The translations under genes were made by a program, and so were the position numbers. A stretch of 64,000 bases of DNA from a bacterium (GTDB lineage Bacteria > Electryoneota > Electryoneia > Electryoneales > Electryoneaceae), in assembly GCA_963669175.1 (NCBI GenBank), contig OY769902.1, positions 4,512,001 through 4,576,000 on the forward strand. The letters are read 5' to 3'. Under the pieces are notes generated by a model that was not told where the DNA came from, searched no databases, and saw nothing but the letters and a program-made list of their open reading frames with translations. This document shows, in pieces, positions 18,281 to 28,584 of this stretch. Position 1 is the stretch's first letter. The number at the start of each line of letters is the position of its first letter.

Positions 18281-19642
18281 TCAATCGTTATTCTGGTTTC
18301 TTTTTATTTTCTCCCGCAGGGTCTTTCTGTCTATTCCAAGAATTTGTGCCGCTTTGGACTTATTGCCCTGGACTCCTTCAAGGACGCGCCTTATGTGTTC
18401 GGTTTCCAGTTCTGCAAGAGAACACCATTCACTCGCATTCACACAAGGGGAAAATCTCATCAATGAGGGAAGATCCGAACTCTCTATGCGATCAGAATCC
18501 GTCATTACAATTAGTCTTGTTATAATATTCTCGAGTTCTCGGACATTCCCTGGCCAGGAATAACTCTTTAATGCCTGTAAGGCATTATCTGAAAACACAG
18601 GTGCAGGTTTTTCCATCTCCCGAGAAGATTTCTGAGCGAAATGCTTAATTAGCAATAGAATATCATCTCCCCTGTCACGAAGTGCCGGGACTGAAATCGT
18701 TAGTACATTTAACCTGAAAAACAGGTCTTCCCTGAATTTTCCCGATTTTACAAGCGCCTGAAGGTCTCTATTGGTAGCTGCAATAATTTTGATGTCGACT
18801 TTAATACTCCGATTGGATCCAATCATTCTTACTTCTTTGTCTTGCAGGACTCTCAAGAGTTTAACCTGCAAGTGCATACTGAGTTCACTGATTTCGTCAA
18901 GAAAAATCGTCCCGCCATCTGCAGTTTGAAAAAAACCTGCACGCGACCCGGTAGCCCCTGTGAAAGACCCCTTTACATGCCCAAAAAGTTCACTCTCGAG
19001 TAGACCATCAGGAATACCGCCACAATTCACCGGGACAAATGCTTTGGATGCACGTGCGCTGTGATAGTGTATTGCACGCGCAACGAGTTCTTTGCCAGTG
19101 CCACTTTCGCCGGTTACCAGTACAGTCGCAATACTTCCCGCCGATTTTCTTATTGGTTTATAAACATCCTGCATCGCTCTAGATTCACCAATAATTCCGA
19201 ACTGTTCGTTTCTTGAACCGGTATCGGTATCATGATTAACAATTTTACTATGTCTAAGCTTTTGAAGCGCCTTCTCTACAGAAAGAATAAGCTCTTCATC
19301 AGTAAATGGTTTAGCAAGGTATCCTTCAGCGCCGTTCTTTATTGCTTCAACTGCTCCATTTATTGTCGCATATCCTGTTACCATTATAATCCCTGTATTC
19401 CTGCAATTATCACGCACATGTCTAACGAGCTCAAAACCGCTGGTCCCGGGCATTCTATAATCGGTAATAACAAGATCGATTACCTTTGTGTCCAGAATTT
19501 CCAGGGCATCAGAAACGCAAAAAGCAGAGCTGACAGGATACCCTTCTGCGGACAAATTTCGCTGAATTATTTCAATCGTATCCTGTGAATCATCAACAAC
19601 AAGTATGTTTTCCTTTTTACTTGCTTTATCCATCTTGATCAT
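18281..19642 (-). CDS. NtrC/AtoC-family sigma54 response regulator
   Basis: Receiver [51 protein letters not shown]. Confidence 0.95.
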   Translation of the reverse strand: MIKMDKASKKENILVVDDSQDTIEIIQRNLSAEGYPVSSAFCVSDALEILDTKVIDLVITDYRMPGTSGFELVRHVRDNCRNTGIIMVTGYATINGAVEAIKNGAEGYLAKPFTDEELILSVEKALQKLRHSKIVNHDTDTGSRNEQFGIIGESRAMQDVYKPIRKSAGSIATVLVTGESGTGKELVARAIHYHSARASKAFVPVNCGGIPDGLLESELFGHVKGSFTGATGSRAGFFQTADGGTIFLDEISELSMHLQVKLLRVLQDKEVRMIGSNRSIKVDIKIIAATNRDLQALVKSGKFREDLFFRLNVLTISVPALRDRGDDILLLIKHFAQKSSREMEKPAPVFSDNALQALKSYSWPGNVRELENIITRLIVMTDSDRIESSDLPSLMRFSPCVNASEWCSLAELETEHIRRVLEGVQGNKSKAAQILGIDRKTLREKIKRNQNND

Positions 19643-21335
19643 CCTCAGTTAACACTGGCATTTCAGTAAGCGGAAAATGAACTTCGAAACTGGTACCCTG
19701 GCCGATTCCACTGGTCACATGGATTTTTCCGTTATGTGCAATCACAATTCCATGAACAACTGATAATCCCAACCCTGTTCCTTTGCCAACATCTTTCGTT
19801 GTATAAAATGGATTGAAAATCCTGTCCCTGCTACTCTTGGTCATTCCTATACCGGAATCAATAACTTTCAGGACCAGATCGCCTTCAGACTCGTATGTTC
19901 GAATCGCCAGTTGTCCCCCATCCGGCATCGCCTGAATCCCATTAACGACAAGGTTGACAAGCAATTGCTTTATTTGAACAGCATCTGCATACAACCCAGG
20001 CATGCCGTCATCAAGATTCATTACAAGCTCTACATCAGAGTCATGACAACGGTTTTCCAACAATAGAATACCGTCAAGAATGACCTCATTGAGGTTGATT
20101 ATACGTTTCTCGACAGGTAATTGGCGTGCAAAAATGAGGAGCTTGCGCACAATTTCTTTAGCATGAATTGCGGAACTGATGATCCTATCTAAATCATGTT
20201 TTGTTTCCAGGCCCAGATCTGGCGCTTTTATTGCCAGTTGTGCAAAACCCAGAATGCCGCCAAGAGGTTCGTTGATTTCGTGCGCCACGCCAGCCGCTAG
20301 ATTTCCTACTGTTGAGAGCCGGTCTGCGTGTAAAAGCTGCTCTTGCAGGACGAGTCTTTCATTTTCTGTCTCATCACGATTAACAATCAACGCGATTTGT
20401 CTGGCTACTTCATGGATCAACTCAACTTCTTCATTCAGGAAAGCGTTTTCAGAAAACTCCGGCATGCCCTTTAAATAGGCGACTTCCACTGAACCGCGTT
20501 TTTGTCCATTGATTATAATTCGCACAGTTTGTTGGAATTTTCCCTTTCTATACCGCGAAGACATAAACGTTTTTTCATCAAGATCTATACGTGCAACGGC
20601 TATCTCGGGAAATTGCCAGGATTCAGGCAAGATATTTACAATACGTTGAAGTCTCTCTACGATGGGCTTCTCAACTTCTTCAGCAATCTTGGCAATGCCG
20701 TATAAACACGTCAGTTCTTTTACGCGCTCCCTGAGTGCCGATTGGACACGTCTGTCTGCTATGGCCAGCCCAATCGTCTGCGCAAGATCTTCAGCGAAAT
20801 CCACTTCCTGTTCCGAATTATCGATATTATTCTTCAGTACAAGTATGCCTTCATTCTGAGGATCAATGTCAAAGAAAATGACTACATACGAGCTAAATTT
20901 GAGTTCTCCTGATGAGAGGCTTTTCAAGGAATCAAGACTCTGCAGGTGATGTAAAAGAAATCCTTTCGTGTTATTTATCCAGTAACTACCTCGACTGGTT
21001 TTTAAGGCCAATGCCGCATTTTTATCTTTATGAATGATTTCAAGTATAGCTCCCGAAATTGCATCTCCTGAAAAAGTATTGATACTATTAGGCTTTCTTG
21101 TGCATCCCTTTAAAGAACTGCTGCTGATACCATCTCGATTGACCTCCCATATGTAAGCTTTCTCGTTATCTTCAAAACGCAGTTCGATAGCATCGCAGCT
21201 TATAGAGTTAAATAGTATTGCGGAAAGTTCTTGTAGAAACGCGATTCTGGAAACGCCTGAATTTCCAAATCGAAGAATTTGCACTGATAGTTCATGCAGT
21301 TTTTTATCTGTCTTTTGGCTATCAGTCTCAATCAC
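19626..21335 (-). CDS. Cytoplasmic sensor histidine kinase with GAF-like domains
   Basis: AHEINEPL H-box, NGIQAM, DSGIGM, FNPFYTTK, GTGLGL; no obvious transmembrane segment. Confidence 0.93.
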   Translation of the reverse strand: MIETDSQKTDKKLHELSVQILRFGNSGVSRIAFLQELSAILFNSISCDAIELRFEDNEKAYIWEVNRDGISSSSLKGCTRKPNSINTFSGDAISGAILEIIHKDKNAALALKTSRGSYWINNTKGFLLHHLQSLDSLKSLSSGELKFSSYVVIFFDIDPQNEGILVLKNNIDNSEQEVDFAEDLAQTIGLAIADRRVQSALRERVKELTCLYGIAKIAEEVEKPIVERLQRIVNILPESWQFPEIAVARIDLDEKTFMSSRYRKGKFQQTVRIIINGQKRGSVEVAYLKGMPEFSENAFLNEEVELIHEVARQIALIVNRDETENERLVLQEQLLHADRLSTVGNLAAGVAHEINEPLGGILGFAQLAIKAPDLGLETKHDLDRIISSAIHAKEIVRKLLIFARQLPVEKRIINLNEVILDGILLLENRCHDSDVELVMNLDDGMPGLYADAVQIKQLLVNLVVNGIQAMPDGGQLAIRTYESEGDLVLKVIDSGIGMTKSSRDRIFNPFYTTKDVGKGTGLGLSVVHGIVIAHNGKIHVTSGIGQGTSFEVHFPLTEMPVLTEDDQDG

Positions 21336-21871
21336 GTTCCAATTCCTTTTCCTTCAGAATAGCAATCAGTCCCCTCTTTCCGAATATGTACAAAGAGAAC
21401 CTGAAAATTGGACAGTAATTCGGTTGAATATTTACCTTTCTCGGTTTTTAGTCCGCCATCTTTCATGGCCGCGCGAAATAGCTATCCTGGGTGTCAACGT
21501 CATCTCCTCGAAAAAGAGATCTGTATTATTAGTCCTCGGCAGAATAGGAAAACAGTTCATGAAAGAATGACGGTTTTATGATGGTAATAATAATTGCGTA
21601 CTGATTCTTCTCCGTTGTCTGATCGTTTTCCCGGAATAGAGCTTATCCGATACCTGGCCGTTGAGCGTTTATTATTGGCAAGTTGAGTTGCAACAGTTAA
21701 AGTACTTTCACAATTCATGTTCCGCAACTCAGTAATAATTCTTATGTTTTCAAGTTCACCTCCTTGCACTTTATTTTCTGTCACATTAATTGACTGGAGT
21801 TCCCCCGAAAAAGTGGACATGTAGTTAAGGATTGTTGAACTGCTTTTCGAACTCGTATGGGGTCAGGTACT

Positions 21872-22085
21872 CGTGCCTCGTTAAAATTCCATCCGCTTTA
21901 CCGGCACTGAGTTTTGCGATTCCGGAAGGTATACGTAACGCCCAGATAATTCAACCTTTTACGCAACTGGCCCATATTTTTCCTAATTCCCACAGTGATT
22001 TCTTCATCCGACTCGACTAGAATTTGCTTGCCTTTTGAAGTTTCCACCTGGGGTTCCCGCACGGATTGCATTTTGACGAGGGACA
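21872..22085 (+). mobile_element. ~214-bp MITE-like derivative of the IS481-like element (copy 2)
   Basis: Starts CGTGCCTCGTTAAAATTCC, ends TGCATTTTGACGAGGGACA; similar to 8663-8877. Confidence 0.88.
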
Positions 22086-22587
22086 AGTGATTTTACATCA
22101 GAGTATCAAACGGGTTTGATCGTTTTGCTGTTAACCAACGGGTATAGAAATTCTTAGAGTTTTTAGAGTCTGGCGTTTTAACTGGTTTTAGACTCTATTT
22201 TCTGTTAATCAGAAAGTGGCTTATAAAACCCGTAAAAATTGTTAAAATCGCGAACTTATGAGAATTGGAAGGGAAGTAAGGATTTGATAATTGAACGGTT
22301 GGAAACTGTGCAGCACCTCGCAAAAGGGGCAGTAAACTAAAAACCCAGAAAGATTATAAGCAACATTCTGGGGTAGGTGCTCCCCAGAAAATCGCTTATA
22401 AAACTGACTCTATATTCAATAAAGTATTGTTATATATTACCATAGAACCGAGTTGTTTTAAACTTCAAATAAGTTAAATTACTACTATTTGCAAATCTTC
22501 CCACGAATTTCCAACCGACCATTTCGCGCCAGTTCACCGCCTGTTCTAATAAACGAGGGTTTTTGCCTGGTGTTTTCAACCGATTTT

Positions 22588-22602
22588 TTTTGACGAGGGA
22601 CA
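22588..22602 (+). repeat. Isolated right-end terminal repeat of the IS481-like family
   Basis: TTTTGACGAGGGACA, identical to the other right ends. Confidence 0.7.
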
Positions 22603-22620
22603 CCTGTACGAAAAGCTCAT

Positions 22621-23772
22621 TTATGCACCGCCGATCGCTGCGTGCGGGAAGGTCGGTTTACGTTTCTGAAACGACAGAATGCCGGGCTTTTGGATTACGC
22701 CCTCGTCGATATTAATCGCTTGTCGAATAGTTTCGTTTTCCTGCCAGCGTTCACCTCCTGAGATCACATCAGGCAGATGGACCACGAGAGCCGCAGAGAC
22801 AGAACGAGAAGCGCTTTCCCACAGATAGCTTGGTGTATGATCCACTGCGTAGTAGTCTGCTTTTCCAATCTTGAACATTGGTTTTTCAAACGAGGTTGGT
22901 TTGGCATTGTAGAATCCCATATTTTCATCGCAACTGACATCAATGATGAGGCAACCTGGTATTAGATCGAATATCTCATCTTCAGAGATGAACAGCATAG
23001 GATGGTCAGGATCCTGGAATGTTCCGTTTACAATGATTTCTGATTGACTGATCAGATCATGCAAGGGTTCCTCGCTCCCGTCGTGCTCTGTCAGCACCAT
23101 TCGTGCTTCCCCGTCTCTGCCTTCACGAATACGTACATATTCACAATCAAGCACTTCTTCCCGTACTTCCTGGTCGGGACGGAAAATACAAATGGTGATA
23201 TCTCTGAACCCGCGCGCTTTGAGAGCGTATATGGCTCCACGACTTACCGCACCGAAACTGAAGATAACAGATTTACGCTGGTTTCCGTAGTGTCCATCGA
23301 TCCCTTTCAGTTGCAGGGCATGCAGTACTGCACAATAGCCGGCCATTTCATTGTTTTTATAAAATGTGTGGCGGCCCATCTCTCCATTGGAACTCCAGAC
23401 ATACATGTCCTCGAAGGCAATAAGTGTCTGCTTACGATCGATGGCGGCCTGGGTTATATCCCATTGTTGCACGCAGTGCGGCCATCCCCAGAGGATTCCA
23501 CCTTCGCGCAGCTCCTGCAAATCTGCTAATACCGGCTTGGGCAGGATCACCCGCCCGATGTCGGCCAACAGTTCATGACGTGTGGCAATACCGCCTGTCT
23601 GAGCAGCAATCTCCGCGTCTTCTATACCCAGTGGCCTCCCGTAGCCCTCCTCAAAAATCAGTTGCCGACGCACCTTTTCAGGAAGACGCCCCAAGTGATC
23701 TGGATGGATTGGAATTCGCCGCTCATCTTCTTTTCGTGACGTACCGATAACTCCAAATGTATCGTTGTTCAT
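22621..23772 (-). CDS. N5-(carboxyethyl)ornithine synthase family (AlaDH/PNT fold)
   Basis: GTSRKEDERRIPIHP, WGWPHCVQ, KNNEMAGYCAV, IIDVSCD, YAVDHTPS. Confidence 0.82.
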   Translation of the reverse strand: MNNDTFGVIGTSRKEDERRIPIHPDHLGRLPEKVRRQLIFEEGYGRPLGIEDAEIAAQTGGIATRHELLADIGRVILPKPVLADLQELREGGILWGWPHCVQQWDITQAAIDRKQTLIAFEDMYVWSSNGEMGRHTFYKNNEMAGYCAVLHALQLKGIDGHYGNQRKSVIFSFGAVSRGAIYALKARGFRDITICIFRPDQEVREEVLDCEYVRIREGRDGEARMVLTEHDGSEEPLHDLISQSEIIVNGTFQDPDHPMLFISEDEIFDLIPGCLIIDVSCDENMGFYNAKPTSFEKPMFKIGKADYYAVDHTPSYLWESASRSVSAALVVHLPDVISGGERWQENETIRQAINIDEGVIQKPGILSFQKRKPTFPHAAIGGA

Positions 23773-23819
23773 GTCTTTTCCTTATCGTTGTGTTCACAGG
23801 TACTGCAGGCAGTAAAACA

Positions 23820-25250
23820 TTAATGATATTGAACAGAATCAACTATGTGCTGGTGCGATTGCACTCGTGATACAGGTTGCGGTCCGTTTGCCCTCGGGTT
23901 CTTGAAATTTTCATAGGCAATCGTATCTAACCGTAGGTTCCTTCTGAAAGACAGGTTTCCGATAAGTGAGATAAGCGGTTGACGCCGATGCCAAAAGCTA
24001 TCCCATACTCGCCCGAATACCCTCGGAATGGAATTGAAATAGTGGTTGCACTGGGTCATCTCGCTCATGACTTCTTCTTCAGAAAAGTGCTTGTACTTTG
24101 CCACTGGTAGGCTAAGAGTGTAATATTGCCAATCTTCAGGGTAGTTGTTTCTGGCGATTCGCCCATCATTGACCATCTGGTCCCAGAGACGAGTGCCAGG
24201 CAAAGGGGTTAAGAATAGTGCGTTAAGCATGTCCACCGAGTACTGTTGGGCAGTTTTCGCAATGAGTACACCAATTCCGGGTTTATCTACATCCAGGCCA
24301 ATGATAAAGGACCCGACAACCAGGATTTTATGTTTCTGGATTCGCTTCACGGAAGCTCTGAAATCCCTGTTCTTCTGCAGATTAAACCGTTTACCAATTT
24401 CTTTGAGTCCTTCAGGTGATGGCGTTTCAAATCCAATGAATACCCCCTTGCATCCAGCCTTCTCTGCCAGGGTCAGCAGTTCCTCGTCATCCGCAAAATT
24501 GATCGTAGCCTGCGATACCCACTCTTTCCCAAGGTTTGCGTCCGCGAGGGCTCGGAATAATTTTTTGGCCCGATTAATATGTTCCTTCCGTGTGCCAATC
24601 AGGTTGTCATCAACCACCAGGATTCGCTTTTCACGGATCTGGCTGAACTCCTGTACGACATCCTCGATCGGTCTGTGCCGATAGTGAGCGCCGTTGAAGG
24701 CAGTTACACTGCAGAAACTGCAGTTCAGAGGACAGCCGCGAGTTGTTTGAATCGCCCCGAATGCGTATGCAGGTGGCAGCAAGTCATGCCGTGCCGGAGG
24801 TTGGCTCATCAGATCATTGCTTTTGCCGTCGTACATCCTCATCAATCTGCCTTGATTCGCATCAGCTAATACTTCGCCCCAGACAGATTCGGCCTCACCG
24901 GTGACAACCGAATCAACATGCTCGAGAGCCTCATCTAAGCACATGGTCGCATGAATACCGCCCATGACCACGGGAATACCCTGTTGCATGAAAAGATCTG
25001 CGATCTCATAAGCCCTATTGGCTTGAGAGGTAAAGGCAGTAATACCGACCAGGTCCGGTGGAGGCAGAGTGGAATAGTCTGGAATGTTCAGGTTTTCGTC
25101 CACAATAGTGATTTCCCATTCGGCAGGGGTCAAACCAGCAAGAACCATAAGACTGAGGGGCTTCCACACCCGGTATTGGTTCCACCGGCTCTTCTTCGTA
25201 TTGACAATGCTGACAATGGGATTAGAGGGATTTATGAGGTACAATCGCAT
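23820..25250 (-). CDS. B12-binding-domain radical SAM protein
   Basis: TRGCPLNCSFC (CxxxCxxC), VVMGGIHAT, GEAE, IGFET, TPLPGT. Confidence 0.9.
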   Translation of the reverse strand: MRLYLINPSNPIVSIVNTKKSRWNQYRVWKPLSLMVLAGLTPAEWEITIVDENLNIPDYSTLPPPDLVGITAFTSQANRAYEIADLFMQQGIPVVMGGIHATMCLDEALEHVDSVVTGEAESVWGEVLADANQGRLMRMYDGKSNDLMSQPPARHDLLPPAYAFGAIQTTRGCPLNCSFCSVTAFNGAHYRHRPIEDVVQEFSQIREKRILVVDDNLIGTRKEHINRAKKLFRALADANLGKEWVSQATINFADDEELLTLAEKAGCKGVFIGFETPSPEGLKEIGKRFNLQKNRDFRASVKRIQKHKILVVGSFIIGLDVDKPGIGVLIAKTAQQYSVDMLNALFLTPLPGTRLWDQMVNDGRIARNNYPEDWQYYTLSLPVAKYKHFSEEEVMSEMTQCNHYFNSIPRVFGRVWDSFWHRRQPLISLIGNLSFRRNLRLDTIAYENFKNPRANGPQPVSRVQSHQHIVDSVQYH

Positions 25251-25355
25251 CTTGAACGCCCTTTGTTAGGTTCACACTCTTGACTTTTTTTAAGCACATC
25301 CTTAAAGCACTAAACTGAAATATGAGGGAATCTGATATCCAGTTTTCGTATTCCA

Positions 25356-26243
25356 TTATCCAACAACCACCTGATTCTTGCCGTTTCGTTTTGCCTTGTA
25401 AAGTGCACGATCAGCGTTTTCGATGAACTCTTCTGTGGTAATTCTTTCTTTATAAGAGGAAATCCCCAAACTAATCGTTATGCAAAATTCACCGCATTTT
25501 ATTTTCATTGTTTCTTCTCTGATTCTTTCTGCAATTGCTAAAATTTCATTCGTATCATCTGCAAATGGAAGAATGGCCAGAAACTCCTCACCTCCAAAGC
25601 GACAGCAGATATCCGAATCTCTTACCTGGTTGAGGATTGTATTTGCAAGTTCTATTAAAACCCGATCCCCCTCCTGATGGCCAAACCTGTCATTTACCAA
25701 TTTAAAATCATCTATATCTATCATAAGTACACTTAAACCTTTACCATAACGGCGATGATTTCTGATCTCAATCGTCAGAATTTCATAGCAGCTTGTATGG
25801 TTATAAAGGCCAGTCATTCCATCCTTCATGGAAAGATTAGCCAACTCAGAGACATGTGCTTCGGAGATTAATGTCGGTGAAATAAATTTGGTTTTTATGT
25901 TCGATAGATAGTCCAGGGTAGCGACAGTGATGGTGACAGGTCTGCAAAGCTGATCTATCATCATCTTTTTATGCGCGAGTACCTTATTCCAAAGCTCTTC
26001 AGCAATATTTGGCGCGAAATAGTGGTGTGAAAGCGTATAGAACAAGTCGGAATAGAAGCTATCACCTCGTAGCTTTTTCTGCTTTGCAATCAGAGCTTTT
26101 TCCTTAATGGACATTTCACGGTCACCAGCATATGCAGAGACGATCTCAATACCGATCACATCTGACGAGAGAGTGCGACGAAGGCGATCGGCCTCACTTT
26201 CGTGCTTGGAATGATCCCCACCAGTATTATCGTTCCCAACCAT
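25356..26243 (-). CDS. Diguanylate cyclase (GGDEF domain)
   Basis: DGMTGLYN, DIDDFKLVNDRFGHQEGD, RDSD I-site, RFGGEEF, ADRALYKAK. Confidence 0.92.
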   Translation of the reverse strand: MVGNDNTGGDHSKHESEADRLRRTLSSDVIGIEIVSAYAGDREMSIKEKALIAKQKKLRGDSFYSDLFYTLSHHYFAPNIAEELWNKVLAHKKMMIDQLCRPVTITVATLDYLSNIKTKFISPTLISEAHVSELANLSMKDGMTGLYNHTSCYEILTIEIRNHRRYGKGLSVLMIDIDDFKLVNDRFGHQEGDRVLIELANTILNQVRDSDICCRFGGEEFLAILPFADDTNEILAIAERIREETMKIKCGEFCITISLGISSYKERITTEEFIENADRALYKAKRNGKNQVVVG

Positions 26244-26388
26244 AGGAATTTCTCCTTGAACTCCAGATTAGTGTGAAGAATAAGTTCATGAACATTCCAA
26301 AAACGCTGTTATTTTTTGGATTATCTGAATATCACTCTTTACCGATAGCAACCATACGCGCTTACCTCGAAGCAGCCTTTTAGAACAC

Positions 26389-26976
26389 TTAATTACCATG
26401 ATCTTCTTTGGAATTATCATCACTTACCGGCAGTGAGGCGGATTTTTTTCTAAATATGAACCAGATCCCAGTAACAATCGGTAGAATCGGCCACCATATG
26501 AGTACATCGTTCAGTCCCCCCCACTTTATCCAGCCATATTCCACGACAAGCATGAAAAAACCAGCCGCGAAAAGAATGATTCCTGGATTCCAGTTTCTCT
26601 GTCGCTCTCGCTTCAAGATCGGTAAAATCAATAATGAGACACTCAACGCAAGGATTACCAGCGGCCAGTTGCGTGAGACCCCACCACGGATCCAGTCGTT
26701 ACCATCCGCCAGGAAAATCAATCCCAGTAACACGAGAAATAATCCAGGGAGCAAACCGGAAGTGTTTCGACTTAGCCATGATCCTGCCAGGCTTGAGCCG
26801 CCAAGAACCATCAGGATCAAAGGCCAGGTGATCTCAATCAACCCAAACTGTTTGACTAGAAACAGGATCCCGAGAAGAACGAGTGCTAGACCAAAGGCGA
26901 TACGGCTTCTGTTCGGCCGTACCCGCGAAGCTGGTTTCGCATCGGTGATATGGATGGCATGTTGTTCGATTGGCAT
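26389..26976 (-). CDS. LiaF/LiaI-like (DUF5668-type) membrane protein
   Basis: Repeated GLxLxxLGxxFL...WPLxL transmembrane units. Confidence 0.6.
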   Translation of the reverse strand: MPIEQHAIHITDAKPASRVRPNRSRIAFGLALVLLGILFLVKQFGLIEITWPLILMVLGGSSLAGSWLSRNTSGLLPGLFLVLLGLIFLADGNDWIRGGVSRNWPLVILALSVSLLILPILKRERQRNWNPGIILFAAGFFMLVVEYGWIKWGGLNDVLIWWPILPIVTGIWFIFRKKSASLPVSDDNSKEDHGN

Positions 26977-27170
26977 GGTACACCTCTTGTTAAAAAGTTA
27001 CTCCCGAGCACTTTGCTGCGGGAAATTGGTTCATGTGCACCATCGAGGTCGATCGTTCTGTGACCATTCGCAGTGCCATGGGTTACACTCAGTTTAGTCC
27101 ATCCCCAGTGCAAGCCAGGGTGCCAAAAGTGTTTGGCCGCCCAGACCGATTACCAGGAAAGAACGTCAAG

Positions 27171-28250
27171 CTACTTCAACAAAGCCATTTTGCTCGTAGC
27201 GCTGATGTTATTCGCCTTCATGCGAACGTAATAGATACCGCTCGGTTGCTGTGCTGCATTCCACGTGGTGCGATAACTTCCGGCTTCCATTGCTTGATCT
27301 ACCAGGATTGCGATTTCATTGCCAAGTACATCATAAACAGCGATGGTCACATTGGATTGAATCGCCAGCTCGAAGGAAATCTCGGTATTGGGATTAAATG
27401 GATTCGGGTAGTTCTGACCGAGAGAGAATTGAGCGGGGATCGCGTCGCCTGGTCCATCAACGTCACCCGTCGTTCTCGGACGGGTGACGGTACTTGCATC
27501 GAGGGTGACCGCGGCAATACTTGCCAATAGCCTTCCTTCTATATTGGCGCCGGTATTGAGCGATATGGATTGGTCCGCCATGATGGTGCATTTGAAGATG
27601 CAATCCGTTCCAAGGGTGGCAGAGGTGCCGACCTGCCAGAAAATATTTTCCGCCAGCGCGCCGCCTGCGAGAATTACCTGGACGCCATTCGCCACGTCGA
27701 GGTCGGATTCAATCTGAAAAATCCAGACATCTGTTTCGTTGCCCGAGAGGGTGACATCGGATCCGGCGATTGACGCAGTGCTGGTGAACCTGTATAAGCC
27801 CGGAACCAGTGTCATCCCGCCAATATTGCCGACACCCGGATTGAGGAATTCACCCACCGGGACAGGCGTCCGAGAAGCCGCATCGTTGTAGGCGATGGTC
27901 AAGTCACCCTTGGCAGCTGTCAGCAGCTCAGTGGCAATCACAGAGCCTACGGGCCCACTCGCATCAACCGTGTAGATAAACCCGTCAACTTCCAAAGATG
28001 TCAATCCTGTGATCTCGCTTCCGGTTGCCGGGCTCAACCCTACGTTCCCGATGATTTCCGATGTCGGAATACTCGAGATCAACGAAGCGGCGAGGACGCT
28101 AAATCCATCTGCTTCGCCAAGAGGTACTGGTGCTTGTGGCGGCTGTGCGAATGCCATGACTGACATGATCAACGCTACTGCCAGAACCACAGCGCAGAGG
28201 CTGTTCCTCAAGCTGTAATCGTCCACGAAAGTTGTAGTTGGTTTTATCAT
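27171..28250 (-). CDS. Ice-binding-like protein (DUF3494) with T9SS-type C-terminal sorting domain
   Basis: AKGDLTIAYNDA, TLVPGLY, WIFQI, NIFWQVGTSATLGT; C-terminal LGQNYPNPFNP...SGIYYVRM...KMALLK; hydrophobic signal. Confidence 0.88.
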   Translation of the reverse strand: MIKPTTTFVDDYSLRNSLCAVVLAVALIMSVMAFAQPPQAPVPLGEADGFSVLAASLISSIPTSEIIGNVGLSPATGSEITGLTSLEVDGFIYTVDASGPVGSVIATELLTAAKGDLTIAYNDAASRTPVPVGEFLNPGVGNIGGMTLVPGLYRFTSTASIAGSDVTLSGNETDVWIFQIESDLDVANGVQVILAGGALAENIFWQVGTSATLGTDCIFKCTIMADQSISLNTGANIEGRLLASIAAVTLDASTVTRPRTTGDVDGPGDAIPAQFSLGQNYPNPFNPNTEISFELAIQSNVTIAVYDVLGNEIAILVDQAMEAGSYRTTWNAAQQPSGIYYVRMKANNISATSKMALLK

Positions 28251-28380
28251 ACTTTCTCCGTCACTACTTCACCTGCATGTACAGCAAATTCTGGTTTATG
28301 TCCTCATGCGATATCGTCATTGCATCAATTGGCTTCCTAAGAGCCATGATACCGCAATGAACTGTTCTGCCTGTTAAGAA

Positions 28381-28406
28381 TTTCCGATAGTATGGCCTAT
28401 CGGAAA
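28381..28406. promoter_or_regulatory. Inverted repeat upstream of the ice-binding protein gene (operator or hairpin)
   Basis: TTTCCGATAG-N6-CTATCGGAAA, perfect 10-bp arms. Confidence 0.4.
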
Positions 28407-28584
28407 GCAGATGTAGTCGTGTCATGTCTTTTCACTCAAACACCAATTGCAATCAGATCCTCGGATCGAGATAGAAGTAAAAGTCGATGACAACCTGGCT
28501 GATCATGTGATGTCACCAAGCATTTCAAGACAAAGAACAGGTCACAGGCATCAATAGACTTTCCATCGACTGGTTCTGACTGTT

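Noticed and set aside
21557-21820. 87-aa minus-strand ORF next to MITE copy 2
   Set aside because: No recognisable motif or convincing RBS; may be a gene scar
22370-22390. GGTGCTCCCC resembling the reverse complement of a tRNA 3' end (att site)
   Set aside because: Match too short, no tRNA structure and no second copy seen
27110-27125. Sigma54-like TGGCACCCTGGCTTGC upstream of the LiaF-like gene
   Set aside because: GG to GC spacing is 11 rather than the strict 10
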